Source: Patescibacteria group bacterium (GTDB lineage: Bacteria > Patescibacteriota > Patescibacteriia > UBA9934 > GWF2-40-263). Taken from it: 64,000 bases of DNA. Below are positions 44,335-52,685 of this stretch, in pieces. The notes beneath the pieces were generated by a model. It did not search any database. It worked only from the letters and a program-made list of their open reading frames with translations, and was not told where the DNA came from. Location of the stretch: contig JBAZTR010000002.1 in NCBI GenBank assembly GCA_041661745.1, forward strand, positions 4,368 through 68,367. The letters are read 5' to 3'. The position numbers and the translations under genes are program-made. Position 1 is the stretch's first letter. Every line of letters begins with the position of its first letter.

Positions 44335-45586
44335 GACCGAGAATGTTTTGCGTCATTCTTTGTAAACCCATACCAAATCCACCTTCTGGCGGAATACCGA
44401 ATTTATGCATCATTAAATAATCTTCAAAGTCGGCCGGATTCAATCCTTTGGCTTTAATTCTTTCCACTTGCTCGTCATAGCGGTTAATACGTAAACCACC
44501 GGAAATTATCTCGCTACCAAAACCGATTAGGTCAAAACTCAAAGTTGAGGTTAAATCTTCTGGATCAACCACTGTATAAAACGGCCGTTTCTTTTCCGGA
44601 TAGTGTGTTACAAAAACAAAACCGCAATTATGTTCTTTTGGCCCCCAAACCGTTGATAGCCATTTTTCGGCCGCCGGCGAAAGGTCCGGCTCGGCTGTTT
44701 CATCAATCCCCGTTCCTTGCTTATAAAGCTCCAGAGCCTCGGTCAACCTGATACGCGGAAATTTTTCACCAAGCGGTGGCAGAGTTGTATTTAATAGTGA
44801 CAATTCCGTCTGACAATCCTCGGAAACGGTTTTCAACATCGTTCTAATGGAAGCCTCGGCGTAGTTCATGATGTCTTCCATATTATCAACGAAACCGACT
44901 TCGAATTCCAATTGGTTAAATTCCGTTAAATGCCGCGAGGTGGCAAATTTTTCAGCCCGGAAAGAATACGAAACTCCATACACCCCTTCGAAAACGCCCA
45001 TGGTAATTTGTTTGTACAGCTGTGCTGACTGGGAAAGGGTGGCTTCGCGGCCGTAATAATCAACTTTAAAAAATTCCGCTCCACCTTCGGAAGCCGCACC
45101 AGCCAAAACCGGAAAAAATATCTCTGTAAAATCTTGGCTGTCCATGTAAGTGCGGAAGCCTTTAACTAAAGCCGCCTGCACGCGAAAAATTGCCCGCTGT
45201 TTTGGATGACGCAAGGTTATAACCCGATTATCAAGAAGCGTTTCCAATTGAACTTCCAAATTATCTTTGTTTATTTCAACCGGCACCACGTCTTTTACTG
45301 GTGACAACACTTCCACCTTGGTTGCCTGTACTTCAACTTCGTTGGCGTTTGGATCTTTGCTTTGTTTTTTTACCACCCTACCGGTAACCCGTAACACGGT
45401 TTCCATTTGCAGGTCTTTAATTTGCCCGAGCTGGTCGGCATCAAGCACCACCTGCAATAATCCGGTGCGATCGCGCAAAATAGCAAAACCAAATTTGTTC
45501 AAATCGCGTAAACGATGAAGCCAACCGGCAACGATTACTTCTTCACCAATCTTTTGAGCAACATCTTTGTTTAAAACTCGATTCAT
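44276..45586 (-). CDS. aspS: class IIb aspartyl-tRNA synthetase (archaeal/non-discriminating type) or a second AsnRS-like enzyme
   Basis: OB-fold N-terminus, motif 2 FRAEKFATSRHLTEFNQLEFE and motif 3 GGFGMGLQRMTQ, and the ending LFPRDVQRLRP. At 436 aa it is too short for a bacterial-type AspRS. Confidence 0.7.
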   Translation of the reverse strand: MNRVLNKDVAQKIGEEVIVAGWLHRLRDLNKFGFAILRDRTGLLQVVLDADQLGQIKDLQMETVLRVTGRVVKKQSKDPNANEVEVQATKVEVLSPVKDVVPVEINKDNLEVQLETLLDNRVITLRHPKQRAIFRVQAALVKGFRTYMDSQDFTEIFFPVLAGAASEGGAEFFKVDYYGREATLSQSAQLYKQITMGVFEGVYGVSYSFRAEKFATSRHLTEFNQLEFEVGFVDNMEDIMNYAEASIRTMLKTVSEDCQTELSLLNTTLPPLGEKFPRIRLTEALELYKQGTGIDETAEPDLSPAAEKWLSTVWGPKEHNCGFVFVTHYPEKKRPFYTVVDPEDLTSTLSFDLIGFGSEIISGGLRINRYDEQVERIKAKGLNPADFEDYLMMHKFGIPPEGGFGMGLQRMTQNILGLDNIKEATLFPRDVQRLRP

Positions 45587-45600
45587 ATAAAATTTATTCT

Positions 45601-45637
45601 CCCTCTCCTTACGAAGGAGAGGGTTGGGGTGAGGTTA
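45601..45637. repeat. hairpin repeat element, copy 1 (CCCTCTCC-TTACGAA-GGAGAGGG-TTGGGGTGAGGTTA); its last TTA is the stop codon of asnS
   Basis: Perfect 8-bp stem with a 7-nt loop. Lies between two co-directional genes. Confidence 0.7.
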
Positions 45638-46936
45638 GGGGGTAATTCTGTTGATCAGTCTTGGAAATGGAATGGATTCGCGAACATGTTCAAGGCCGCA
45701 AATCCAGGTAACCAGACGTTCAAGACCAAAACCAAAACCAGAATGCGGCACTGAACCGTATTTGCGTAAATCCAGATACCATTGAAAAGCGTCGAGCGGC
45801 AGATTGTGTTCTTTAATGCGCGCCAACAATATTTCGTAATCATCTTCACGTTGACTGCCACCGATGATTTCGCCATAACCTTCCGGGGCAAGCAGGTCAG
45901 CACAAAGAGCACGCGACGGATCAGCTGGATCGCGCTTCATGTAAAAAGCTTTCACCTCGGCTGGATATTTTTCCACAAAAATCGGGCGATCGTATTGCTT
46001 GGTCAAAATCGTTTCATCATCACCGCCCAAATCATCCATTTCCCCAATGTCGCTACCGAGTTCGTGGAGTTTGGCCACGGCTTCGGCATGGGTCATACGG
46101 ACAAACGGGGCCTGAATTTTTTGCAATGGTTCAATGGATCGCTCCAAAACTTTCAACTCGTGCTGGTTCTTTTCCAAAACATCTTTGACAATGCGGCAAA
46201 CCAATTCTTCTTGAATCTTCAAGTTCTCGTCGTGCTCAACAAACGCTGCTTCGGCATCCATCATCCAAAATTCTGTCAGGTGACGGCGAGTCTTTGATTT
46301 TTCAGCGCGAAAAACCGGACCAAAATCAAAACACTTGCCCAAGCTCATCACTCCGGCTTCCAAATACAATTGACCAGACTGGGCCAGGTACGCTTTGCCA
46401 ACATCAAAATAATCCATTTCAAAAAGTTCCGTTGTTCCCTCGCAGGCATTCGGGGTCAAAATCGGCGTATCGAATTTTACAAAACCGGTTTCCTTAAAAT
46501 AATCGTAGGTGGCACGAATAATGGTGTCGCGAACGCGTTGAATGGCCCACTGCTTTTCAGCGCGGAGCCACAAATGACGATTGTCGAGCAAGAAATCCGG
46601 ACCGTGTTCTTTTTTACCAATTGGATAATCCTCGGGTGCGAGCTGAACAATTTCAACCAAAGTGCCATCAAGTTCAAAACCCGAAGGGGCGCGTGGTTCG
46701 GCCTTAACCGTGCCATGAATAATAACCGAAGATTCAATGCGAAGGGTGGTTAATTTTTCCCACTGTTCAGCCGGCAAACTGGCCGCCGAATAAACGATTT
46801 GTACTCGGCCGGTGCCATCGCGAAACTGCAAGAAAAAAATCTTACCGCTGGAGCGGAAGTTGTAGGCCCAACCCTTAAGTTCGACCTCCTGACCGACGTA
46901 TTTTTGGATCTCGGAAACAAATGTATATTTAGGCAT
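45635..46936 (-). CDS. asnS: asparaginyl-tRNA synthetase
   Basis: FRAEKSKTRRHLTEFWMMDAE motif 2 (AsnRS-like), GFGFGLERLV motif 3, and the ending FPRLINRITP. Confidence 0.8.
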   Translation of the reverse strand: MPKYTFVSEIQKYVGQEVELKGWAYNFRSSGKIFFLQFRDGTGRVQIVYSAASLPAEQWEKLTTLRIESSVIIHGTVKAEPRAPSGFELDGTLVEIVQLAPEDYPIGKKEHGPDFLLDNRHLWLRAEKQWAIQRVRDTIIRATYDYFKETGFVKFDTPILTPNACEGTTELFEMDYFDVGKAYLAQSGQLYLEAGVMSLGKCFDFGPVFRAEKSKTRRHLTEFWMMDAEAAFVEHDENLKIQEELVCRIVKDVLEKNQHELKVLERSIEPLQKIQAPFVRMTHAEAVAKLHELGSDIGEMDDLGGDDETILTKQYDRPIFVEKYPAEVKAFYMKRDPADPSRALCADLLAPEGYGEIIGGSQREDDYEILLARIKEHNLPLDAFQWYLDLRKYGSVPHSGFGFGLERLVTWICGLEHVRESIPFPRLINRITP

Positions 46937-47084
46937 AATGCACTGGTTAGTTTAGCGTAATTATTGGATTTGGTGAAGTGGAAAACCAGGCGGAAAACAA
47001 GAGGAAAAATAGCGAAAATTAGACAAAAAAATCGACCTGTTTAAAGCGGGTCGATTTTTAAAGTCTTGACCCTCATCAAAAGTA

Positions 47085-47122
47085 TTGACAAAAACAAAAA
47101 AATGGCTTAATCTAGCCATGGC
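47085..47122 (+). promoter_or_regulatory. sigma70 promoter (TTGACA, 17-nt spacer, TAATCT) with a perfect 10-bp palindrome AGCCATGGCT immediately downstream of the -10 (putative operator)
   Basis: Consensus -35 at 47085-47090 and -10 at 47108-47113. The palindrome at 47113-47122 overlaps the expected +1. AGGAG RBS at 47181-47185, 5 nt before the GTG start. Confidence 0.5.
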
Positions 47123-47190
47123 TTTTCGGAGTGGTTCCGTTAGCCAATTCCCCGCGGCGATCACCCACTGACCGCCCATAAGGAGCTCAC

Positions 47191-47616
47191 GTGTCCCTCG
47201 GCTATTCTCCCCCCTCCCAACCCTCGGCCACTGACCTTCTCGCCCGCGCCGCCCACATCGCTCCATCGAGCATCCTCAGCGCTCGGCGAGCCAAGTGCCA
47301 CCCCGCGGTACTACGGGAAGTCTGTCGGAACCCTGGCGATCGGCCGGTCTACTCGCACCTGCGTCACGTGGTGCAGTGCCTGGCCTACACCTACGATCCG
47401 GCCTGCCTTCAGCTCGTCATCGACGAGTGTGGCAGCGATGCTGATGCTCTGGCCCTGGCCGTGATCACGGTCAATCGGCGCCCGGAGCTTCGCAACGTTC
47501 TGCCGGCAATCTTCGGAAACGACACGGTCAGCCTGGTCGTGAGCCGCTTCACGGATCGGGTCAGCCCGAAGCTGATCCGTGAGTGGAACGAATTCCTCCG
47601 GCCCCGCCGCCGCTAG
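47191..47616 (+). CDS. hypothetical 141-aa protein in a strongly GC-rich island; GTG start, own promoter, RBS and terminator
   Basis: Clean ORF on the opposite strand to all its neighbours. The Ala/Arg/Pro-rich composition reflects the high GC content. I recognise no domain. Confidence 0.55.
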   Translation: MSLGYSPPSQPSATDLLARAAHIAPSSILSARRAKCHPAVLREVCRNPGDRPVYSHLRHVVQCLAYTYDPACLQLVIDECGSDADALALAVITVNRRPELRNVLPAIFGNDTVSLVVSRFTDRVSPKLIREWNEFLRPRRR

Positions 47617-47636
47617 TCGTTTCGCTTCATTTCCTC

Positions 47637-47675
47637 CGTCGTCATCCCTCAGGGACTGACGACTTTTATTTTTAC
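47637..47675 (+). terminator. rho-independent terminator of the GC-rich cassette
   Basis: GTCGTCA-TCCCTCAGGGAC-TGACGAC hairpin followed by TTTTATTTTT. Overlaps the last codons of recO on the other strand. Confidence 0.65.
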
Positions 47676-48445
47676 AAGTTACAGGCCGCGCGCAAAGTCG
47701 TGGCTGGAATTGTCGGAAAGTGGGCCACAAGTAATCCTTCCACGGCTTCGTGATATTCACCCAAAATTTCACCATTCAATCTTGGCCGCAACAATTCATT
47801 AAATCTTTCACTTAAAGCAAAACGCATTAATTTTAAAACATCATCTGATAATGGTCGTGCCGAAAACCATTGTTCCCCGTCGGCCTGGACGCAGGCGCGA
47901 CAAACCACCCCACCCTTCAACGCATGCCAATGAAACTCGCCGGGACGAATTGTTTCGCGACACTGCAGGCATCCGCCGAGTTCCGGACGATAACCAAGCA
48001 AGGCTAAAAGTTTAAGGGCAAAAGCAGAAAGTAAAAAAGCGGCGCGTTCCGAAGTTAGGTCTGGTGCTTTATGTAAAAAAATAAGAAAATTTTTCACTTC
48101 GTCGTATAAAGACCAATCAATTTCGTGTTCACGTGTCCCCAAATCAACCAACTGCAGCATGTGATGCGCCACCAGCGATTTTGACAAATCGTCATACAAA
48201 CCGGCAAACGATCTTAATCTTTCCACTCCAGCCACGGTCTCATGGGCTCGTCCGTGGACCACCAGCAAATCAACTTCAGCGCAAAACTCCAGGTGTGGAG
48301 AAAGTTTAGCCAAAGGCTTACGCGCCCCCCGACCAATAATTTCCACCTTGCCGTGTTCGCGGGTTAAAACAGAATAAACGCGATCTGACTCCCGCCAGTC
48401 GCGTTTATTTAAAACAATGCCGGTTGTGTGATAAAGAATCGACAC
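47672..48445 (-). CDS. recO: DNA repair protein RecO
   Basis: N-terminal OB fold (TTGIVLNKRDWRESDRVYSVLTREHGKVEIIG) and a C-terminal Cys4 zinc motif. Confidence 0.85.
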   Translation of the reverse strand: MSILYHTTGIVLNKRDWRESDRVYSVLTREHGKVEIIGRGARKPLAKLSPHLEFCAEVDLLVVHGRAHETVAGVERLRSFAGLYDDLSKSLVAHHMLQLVDLGTREHEIDWSLYDEVKNFLIFLHKAPDLTSERAAFLLSAFALKLLALLGYRPELGGCLQCRETIRPGEFHWHALKGGVVCRACVQADGEQWFSARPLSDDVLKLMRFALSERFNELLRPRLNGEILGEYHEAVEGLLVAHFPTIPATTLRAACNL

Positions 48446-48450
48446 AAAAG

Positions 48451-48852
48451 TTACTCTTCAAATCGTCTAGAAAAAAACTGCTCCAAAATTAACATCGCCG
48501 CCAAAGCATCTTCTTCTGCCACCGCCCCTTCTTCTCTTTGCAAACGAATACTCTCCGAAGTTGTGTACGATTCGTCTTCTTCGAACACCGGAACAGCTAC
48601 GGCTGCCCTTAGTCTTCCAATAAAAGCCTGGGTCTTCTGCAACTGTTCCGGCCCATGATGTCCGCCATTGGCCAAAGGAACACCTACAACAATCTGATCC
48701 ATGTTTTCAAGATGAACCTTTTTGGCCAAATCTTTAATTGTCTCATCGCCGTTGTTGGTAATTACCTCGAGCGGCAAAGCTACCCCGGCGGTTGATTCGC
48801 CGAAGGCTAAGCCAATTTTTCTATCGCCGTAATCGATACCTAAAATACGCAT
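48451..48852 (-). CDS. ruvX: Holliday-junction resolvase-like RNase YqgF/RuvX
   Basis: MRILGIDYGDRKIGLAFGE. Confidence 0.9.
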   Translation of the reverse strand: MRILGIDYGDRKIGLAFGESTAGVALPLEVITNNGDETIKDLAKKVHLENMDQIVVGVPLANGGHHGPEQLQKTQAFIGRLRAAVAVPVFEEDESYTTSESIRLQREEGAVAEEDALAAMLILEQFFSRRFEE

Positions 48853-48857
48853 AAAAA

Positions 48858-49379
48858 TTAACTTTTATTTACTTTATATCTAACCTGCAATATATCGTCA
48901 GCAATTTTTACAGAGTCAATAAAAGATAGTCGTTTTTCAAAATCCTTCTCTGCAAAAAGAGGTACGCCACTCCCAATAATTGCTGGCTCGATATCTAGTA
49001 TTACTTCGTCAATCAAATTCTCGCCTAAAAACACACTATTAATTGTGCTTCCACCTGTTAGAAGTACTTCCTCGAAATTCATAGACGCGGCTTTTTCGAC
49101 GGCTTCCTGGGGCGAACTAACCGCTATAAACGGTGGGTCTAACTTTAAATCCGTATTGGTAGAAACGACCATCTTTAATTTGGCATCAATATCGTCAAAA
49201 TTATAATCCGGCCATTTTTGAACGGCTTCATAAGTTTTCCGACCGATAATAAAACAACCACGTTGTTTTGCCAATTCAGCAAACGACTCCCAATTGGTTT
49301 CCGATAAAAAATTTTCATCACCGTTTTTACTGGCGATCATTCCATTCAAAGACATGGCCATGAACAAAGTAACTTTCAT
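48858..49379 (-). CDS. dihydrofolate reductase family protein (RibD C-terminal-like / YwjB-type)
   Basis: MKVTLFMAMSLNGMIA...FIIGRKTYE pattern. Confidence 0.65.
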   Translation of the reverse strand: MKVTLFMAMSLNGMIASKNGDENFLSETNWESFAELAKQRGCFIIGRKTYEAVQKWPDYNFDDIDAKLKMVVSTNTDLKLDPPFIAVSSPQEAVEKAASMNFEEVLLTGGSTINSVFLGENLIDEVILDIEPAIIGSGVPLFAEKDFEKRLSFIDSVKIADDILQVRYKVNKS

Positions 49380-49407
49380 ACAAAAAATGAAAAATATTTT
49401 TTATTTT

Positions 49408-49444
49408 CCCTCTCCTTACGAAGGAGAGGGTTAGGGTGAGGTTA
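49408..49444. repeat. hairpin repeat element, copy 2; its terminal TTA is the stop codon of map
   Basis: CCCTCTCCTTACGAAGGAGAGGGTTAGGGTGAGGTTA. Confidence 0.7.
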
Positions 49445-50215
49445 TGGCAATGGTGTAAGAATTTCGTGTCCGTTTTTTGTAATAACAATTGTTACTTCAA
49501 AATGCGCAGCAATGCTGTTATCTACGGTTATCGCTGTCCAACCATCATCAGCGGTTTGCACTTCACTATTGCCCATGGTAATCATCGGTTCAATTGCTAA
49601 ACACATACCGGGTTTAAGCGGGACACTTGGCTGCCGCGGGTAAGTGTAATTAGGCACATTAGGTGCTTCGTGCACAGCGTGGCCAACCCCATGGCCAACT
49701 AATGCCGTAACAATACCGAAGCCGTGCGGCTTAACATGTTTTTCCACGGCCGCACTAATGTCTCGAACATCGCCTTTAGGTTTAGCCGCAGCCACCCCGG
49801 CAAACAAGGCCTCACGGGTGACCCGCATTAATTCTTCGTCCTCAACGGAAATTTTTCCAACCGGCACGGTTACCGCCATATCAGTAAAGCGTCCTTGATA
49901 TTCGCAACCAATGTCTAAACTAACAATATCACCCTCTTTTAATTTAATTTTACGATTAGCTATGCCATGCACAACTTCGGGGCCAATGGAGATACAAAGG
50001 GTAGTCGGAAAGGCCGGTTCGTTTCTTGAACCACGATAACCTTTAAATGACGGCACCGCGCCATCCGCGCGCAAGGACTTCTCAGCAATTTCTTCCAACT
50101 CACTAATAAAAATCCCGGGGCGCACGGCCTTTGCCGCTGCGGCCAAAGCCCGCGAAAGAATTTTTCCACCCTCGCGCATGGCTTTAATGTCTTCATCGGA
50201 TTTTATTAGTGACAT
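49442..50215 (-). CDS. map: methionine aminopeptidase type I
   Basis: Pita-bread fold with its metal ligands (D..D..H..E..E pattern). Confidence 0.9.
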   Translation of the reverse strand: MSLIKSDEDIKAMREGGKILSRALAAAAKAVRPGIFISELEEIAEKSLRADGAVPSFKGYRGSRNEPAFPTTLCISIGPEVVHGIANRKIKLKEGDIVSLDIGCEYQGRFTDMAVTVPVGKISVEDEELMRVTREALFAGVAAAKPKGDVRDISAAVEKHVKPHGFGIVTALVGHGVGHAVHEAPNVPNYTYPRQPSVPLKPGMCLAIEPMITMGNSEVQTADDGWTAITVDNSIAAHFEVTIVITKNGHEILTPLP

Positions 50216-50218
50216 AAA

Positions 50219-50842
50219 TTAAATAAAAATTTTATTTACGATTGTCGCAACTTCCTCAATCGTTCCGGAACCATCGACACGATTTAAAATTCCCATTTCC
50301 TCAAATCTTTTAGCAACAGGTTCGGTCTCGGTATGATAAATTTCCAGTCTTTGTTTAATAAGCTCGGGGGTATCATCGGAACGTTTAACCAATTCGCCAC
50401 CACAAGCTTCGCAGACTGGATGAATTGTTTTGTGCTTCTCTTGATAGCCACGATGACAATTGGCACATTGCAAGCGGCCGGCTAAACGTTCAAGCGATTG
50501 TTCGTCGGAAATTTCCAAAAGAACGGCGTGGGTTGGCTTTACCGCTTCAAGAAATAATTCAGCCTGACTTAAGATACGTGGAAAACCATCAAGAATCCAA
50601 CCATTGGCCGCATCCGGGTGGTTTAAACGTGATTTAATTATTTCAATCATTAACTCGTCTGGTACCAAAGTTCCGCTTTCGGTATATTTGGCTACCTCGT
50701 AACCCAGATCGGTTTTTTCGGTAACCTCTTTCCTAAGAAGCGCCCCAGCGGAAATCGCTGGAATATTCAACTCCTTAGCTAATAATTCGGCCTGTGTCCC
50801 CTTTCCTGCCCCTTGTGGGCCCATGATAAGAATTTTATACAT
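50219..50842 (-). CDS. adk: adenylate kinase with a Cys4 zinc LID
   Basis: P-loop GPQGAGKGTQA. LID CANCHRGY...CEACGG. Confidence 0.9.
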   Translation of the reverse strand: MYKILIMGPQGAGKGTQAELLAKELNIPAISAGALLRKEVTEKTDLGYEVAKYTESGTLVPDELMIEIIKSRLNHPDAANGWILDGFPRILSQAELFLEAVKPTHAVLLEISDEQSLERLAGRLQCANCHRGYQEKHKTIHPVCEACGGELVKRSDDTPELIKQRLEIYHTETEPVAKRFEEMGILNRVDGSGTIEEVATIVNKIFI

Positions 50843-50893
50843 AACGGCTGTAGTATAGCAGAGTGATTAAGGGAGGTTAAGGGGCTGCGACGT

Positions 50894-50925
50894 AAACTAA
50901 AAAACCGTCCATCATTGGACGGTTT
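50894..50925 (-). terminator. rho-independent terminator after secY
   Basis: AAACCGTCCAATGATGGACGGTTT followed by TTTT on the minus strand. An adk promoter candidate (TTAACC, 17-nt spacer, TATACT) follows. Confidence 0.55.
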
Positions 50926-50926
50926 T

Positions 50927-50971
50927 CCCCCTCTCCTTACAAAGGAGAGGGGGGTTCGGGGGGTGAGGTTA
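50927..50971. repeat. hairpin repeat element, copy 3; its terminal TTA is the stop codon of secY
   Basis: CCCCCTCTCCTTACAAAGGAGAGGGGGGTTCGGGGGGTGAGGTTA. Confidence 0.7.
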
Positions 50972-52228
50972 GAGCTCGTACTCGCGCATCGTTAACTGGG
51001 CCTCAATCTGTTTTACTGTTTCAATAACCACGTTGACCACGATCAGGACTGAGGTTCCACCAATAACCAAACTGGCATTACCTGTAAAGCCCTGCAAAGC
51101 GACCGGCATTACAGCAATGGCTGCCAAGAACAAAGCACCGGCCAGCAAAATACGGTTGGAAACATAGTTCAGATACTCAGCCGTTGGCTTGCCTGGACGA
51201 ATACCAGGGATAAAGCCACCTTGATTTTGCAAATTCTCGGCCACCCGATCAGGATGGAAAATAACTGCTGTGTAAAAATACGAGAAGAAGAAAACTAAAA
51301 GGAAATAGGCAATGCCGTAAAACAACTGATTATCAAACATGGTCATGGTAAAGTTGGCCGCCTCACGTAACCAATCGCTCTTAGCACTGGTAAAAAATTG
51401 AGCGAACACCCGAGGAAACAAAATAATGGAAATAGCAAAGATAATCGGGATAACGCCGGCCATGTTCACCTTGAGTGGCAAATGGTTAGCCACGGCGCCG
51501 TAACGGGAAACCCGACCGCCACGAGCGTACTGGATTGGCACGTTTCGTTGTGCCTCGTGCATAATCACCACACCGATAATCGTCAAACACACCACCAAGA
51601 CAAAAAGAATCAAAGTTATCATTTGTGAACGGTCGTATACAGCCAACGAGCGTTGAAAAAACTGTGGCAACCCGGCAGCAATACCGGCAAAAATCATGAT
51701 AGAAACCCCGTTACCAACGTGCTTTTCGGAAATCAATTCACCGAGCCACATGATAAATATTGTACCAGCACTCATGGACAAAATGGCAATGAGAATTGTT
51801 AACCAACTCAAATCTTGAAAAACGTCCGGAACCTGCTGACGCAAAAGTAGAATCATGCTGTAACCCTGAAACACGGCCAAAGGCACGGTTAGCCAACGCG
51901 TCCACGAGTTAATCTTTTGGCGACCCTGCTCTTCCTTTTGCATTTCCTCAAACTTCGGAACAATCATGGCTAACAACTGGAAGATAATTGAAGCGGTAAT
52001 GTACGGGGCCACTCCCAAAGCCACAATGGAAAAATTTTCCAAGGTACCACCGGAAAAAATATTAAGTAAACCGAAAAACTGATTACTTTGAAAAAATGAG
52101 GACAGGGCTCCGGCGTCCATACCAGGCACGGGGATGTGCGCGGCGACCCGGAAAATCGCTAGCATGGCGAGAACGAACAAAACACTGTTTCTCACCTCAG
52201 GCGTTCGAAAAACACGCTGAAGGATCAT
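50969..52228 (-). CDS. secY: preprotein translocase SecY
   Basis: 419-aa protein with 10 TM helices and SecY signature regions. Confidence 0.95.
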   Translation of the reverse strand: MILQRVFRTPEVRNSVLFVLAMLAIFRVAAHIPVPGMDAGALSSFFQSNQFFGLLNIFSGGTLENFSIVALGVAPYITASIIFQLLAMIVPKFEEMQKEEQGRQKINSWTRWLTVPLAVFQGYSMILLLRQQVPDVFQDLSWLTILIAILSMSAGTIFIMWLGELISEKHVGNGVSIMIFAGIAAGLPQFFQRSLAVYDRSQMITLILFVLVVCLTIIGVVIMHEAQRNVPIQYARGGRVSRYGAVANHLPLKVNMAGVIPIIFAISIILFPRVFAQFFTSAKSDWLREAANFTMTMFDNQLFYGIAYFLLVFFFSYFYTAVIFHPDRVAENLQNQGGFIPGIRPGKPTAEYLNYVSNRILLAGALFLAAIAVMPVALQGFTGNASLVIGGTSVLIVVNVVIETVKQIEAQLTMREYEL

Positions 52229-52237
52229 AAATTTATT

Positions 52238-52681
52238 TTAAGCGGCAATAATTTCACCGCCGGCTTTGATAATTTTTTCTTCGGCTGGCTTTGAAACATG
52301 ACAACCCTTAATCACCAAACGATGTTTGATTTCTCCTTGACCCAAAATCTTGACGCCACCTTCCAATTTAGAAATCAAACCCTTAGCTAAAAGAATTTTT
52401 GGGGTAATGGTTGCTGATTCAGAAAAATGCTTAGCTAAAATTTGCAGGTTAATCACAACCGGCTTGTCTTTTAGACCTTGAAAGCCGCGTTGTTTTGGCA
52501 ACTTCAACATAAGGGAACGTAAACCCTTAAGCTGAAGGCCGGAACGACCGCCCGAACGAGCGCGTTGACCCTTAACACCGCGACCGGAATATGAGCCGGT
52601 CGAGCCAAGACCACGGCCAATGCGCTTTTTTCCTTTTTTAGCGCCAACCGATGATTTTATTTTATGCAAAGCAAGAGACAT
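52238..52681 (-). CDS. rplO: 50S ribosomal protein L15
   Basis: GRGLGSTGSYSGRGVKGQRARSG. Confidence 0.9.
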   Translation of the reverse strand: MSLALHKIKSSVGAKKGKKRIGRGLGSTGSYSGRGVKGQRARSGGRSGLQLKGLRSLMLKLPKQRGFQGLKDKPVVINLQILAKHFSESATITPKILLAKGLISKLEGGVKILGQGEIKHRLVIKGCHVSKPAEEKIIKAGGEIIAA

Positions 52682-52685
52682 AATT

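Noticed and set aside
46961-47266. 101-aa minus-strand ORF overlapping the promoter and 5' end of the GC-rich cassette.
   Set aside because: Antisense to a well-supported promoter/RBS/ORF/terminator unit, with Arg/Gly-rich composition typical of a GC-rich shadow frame.
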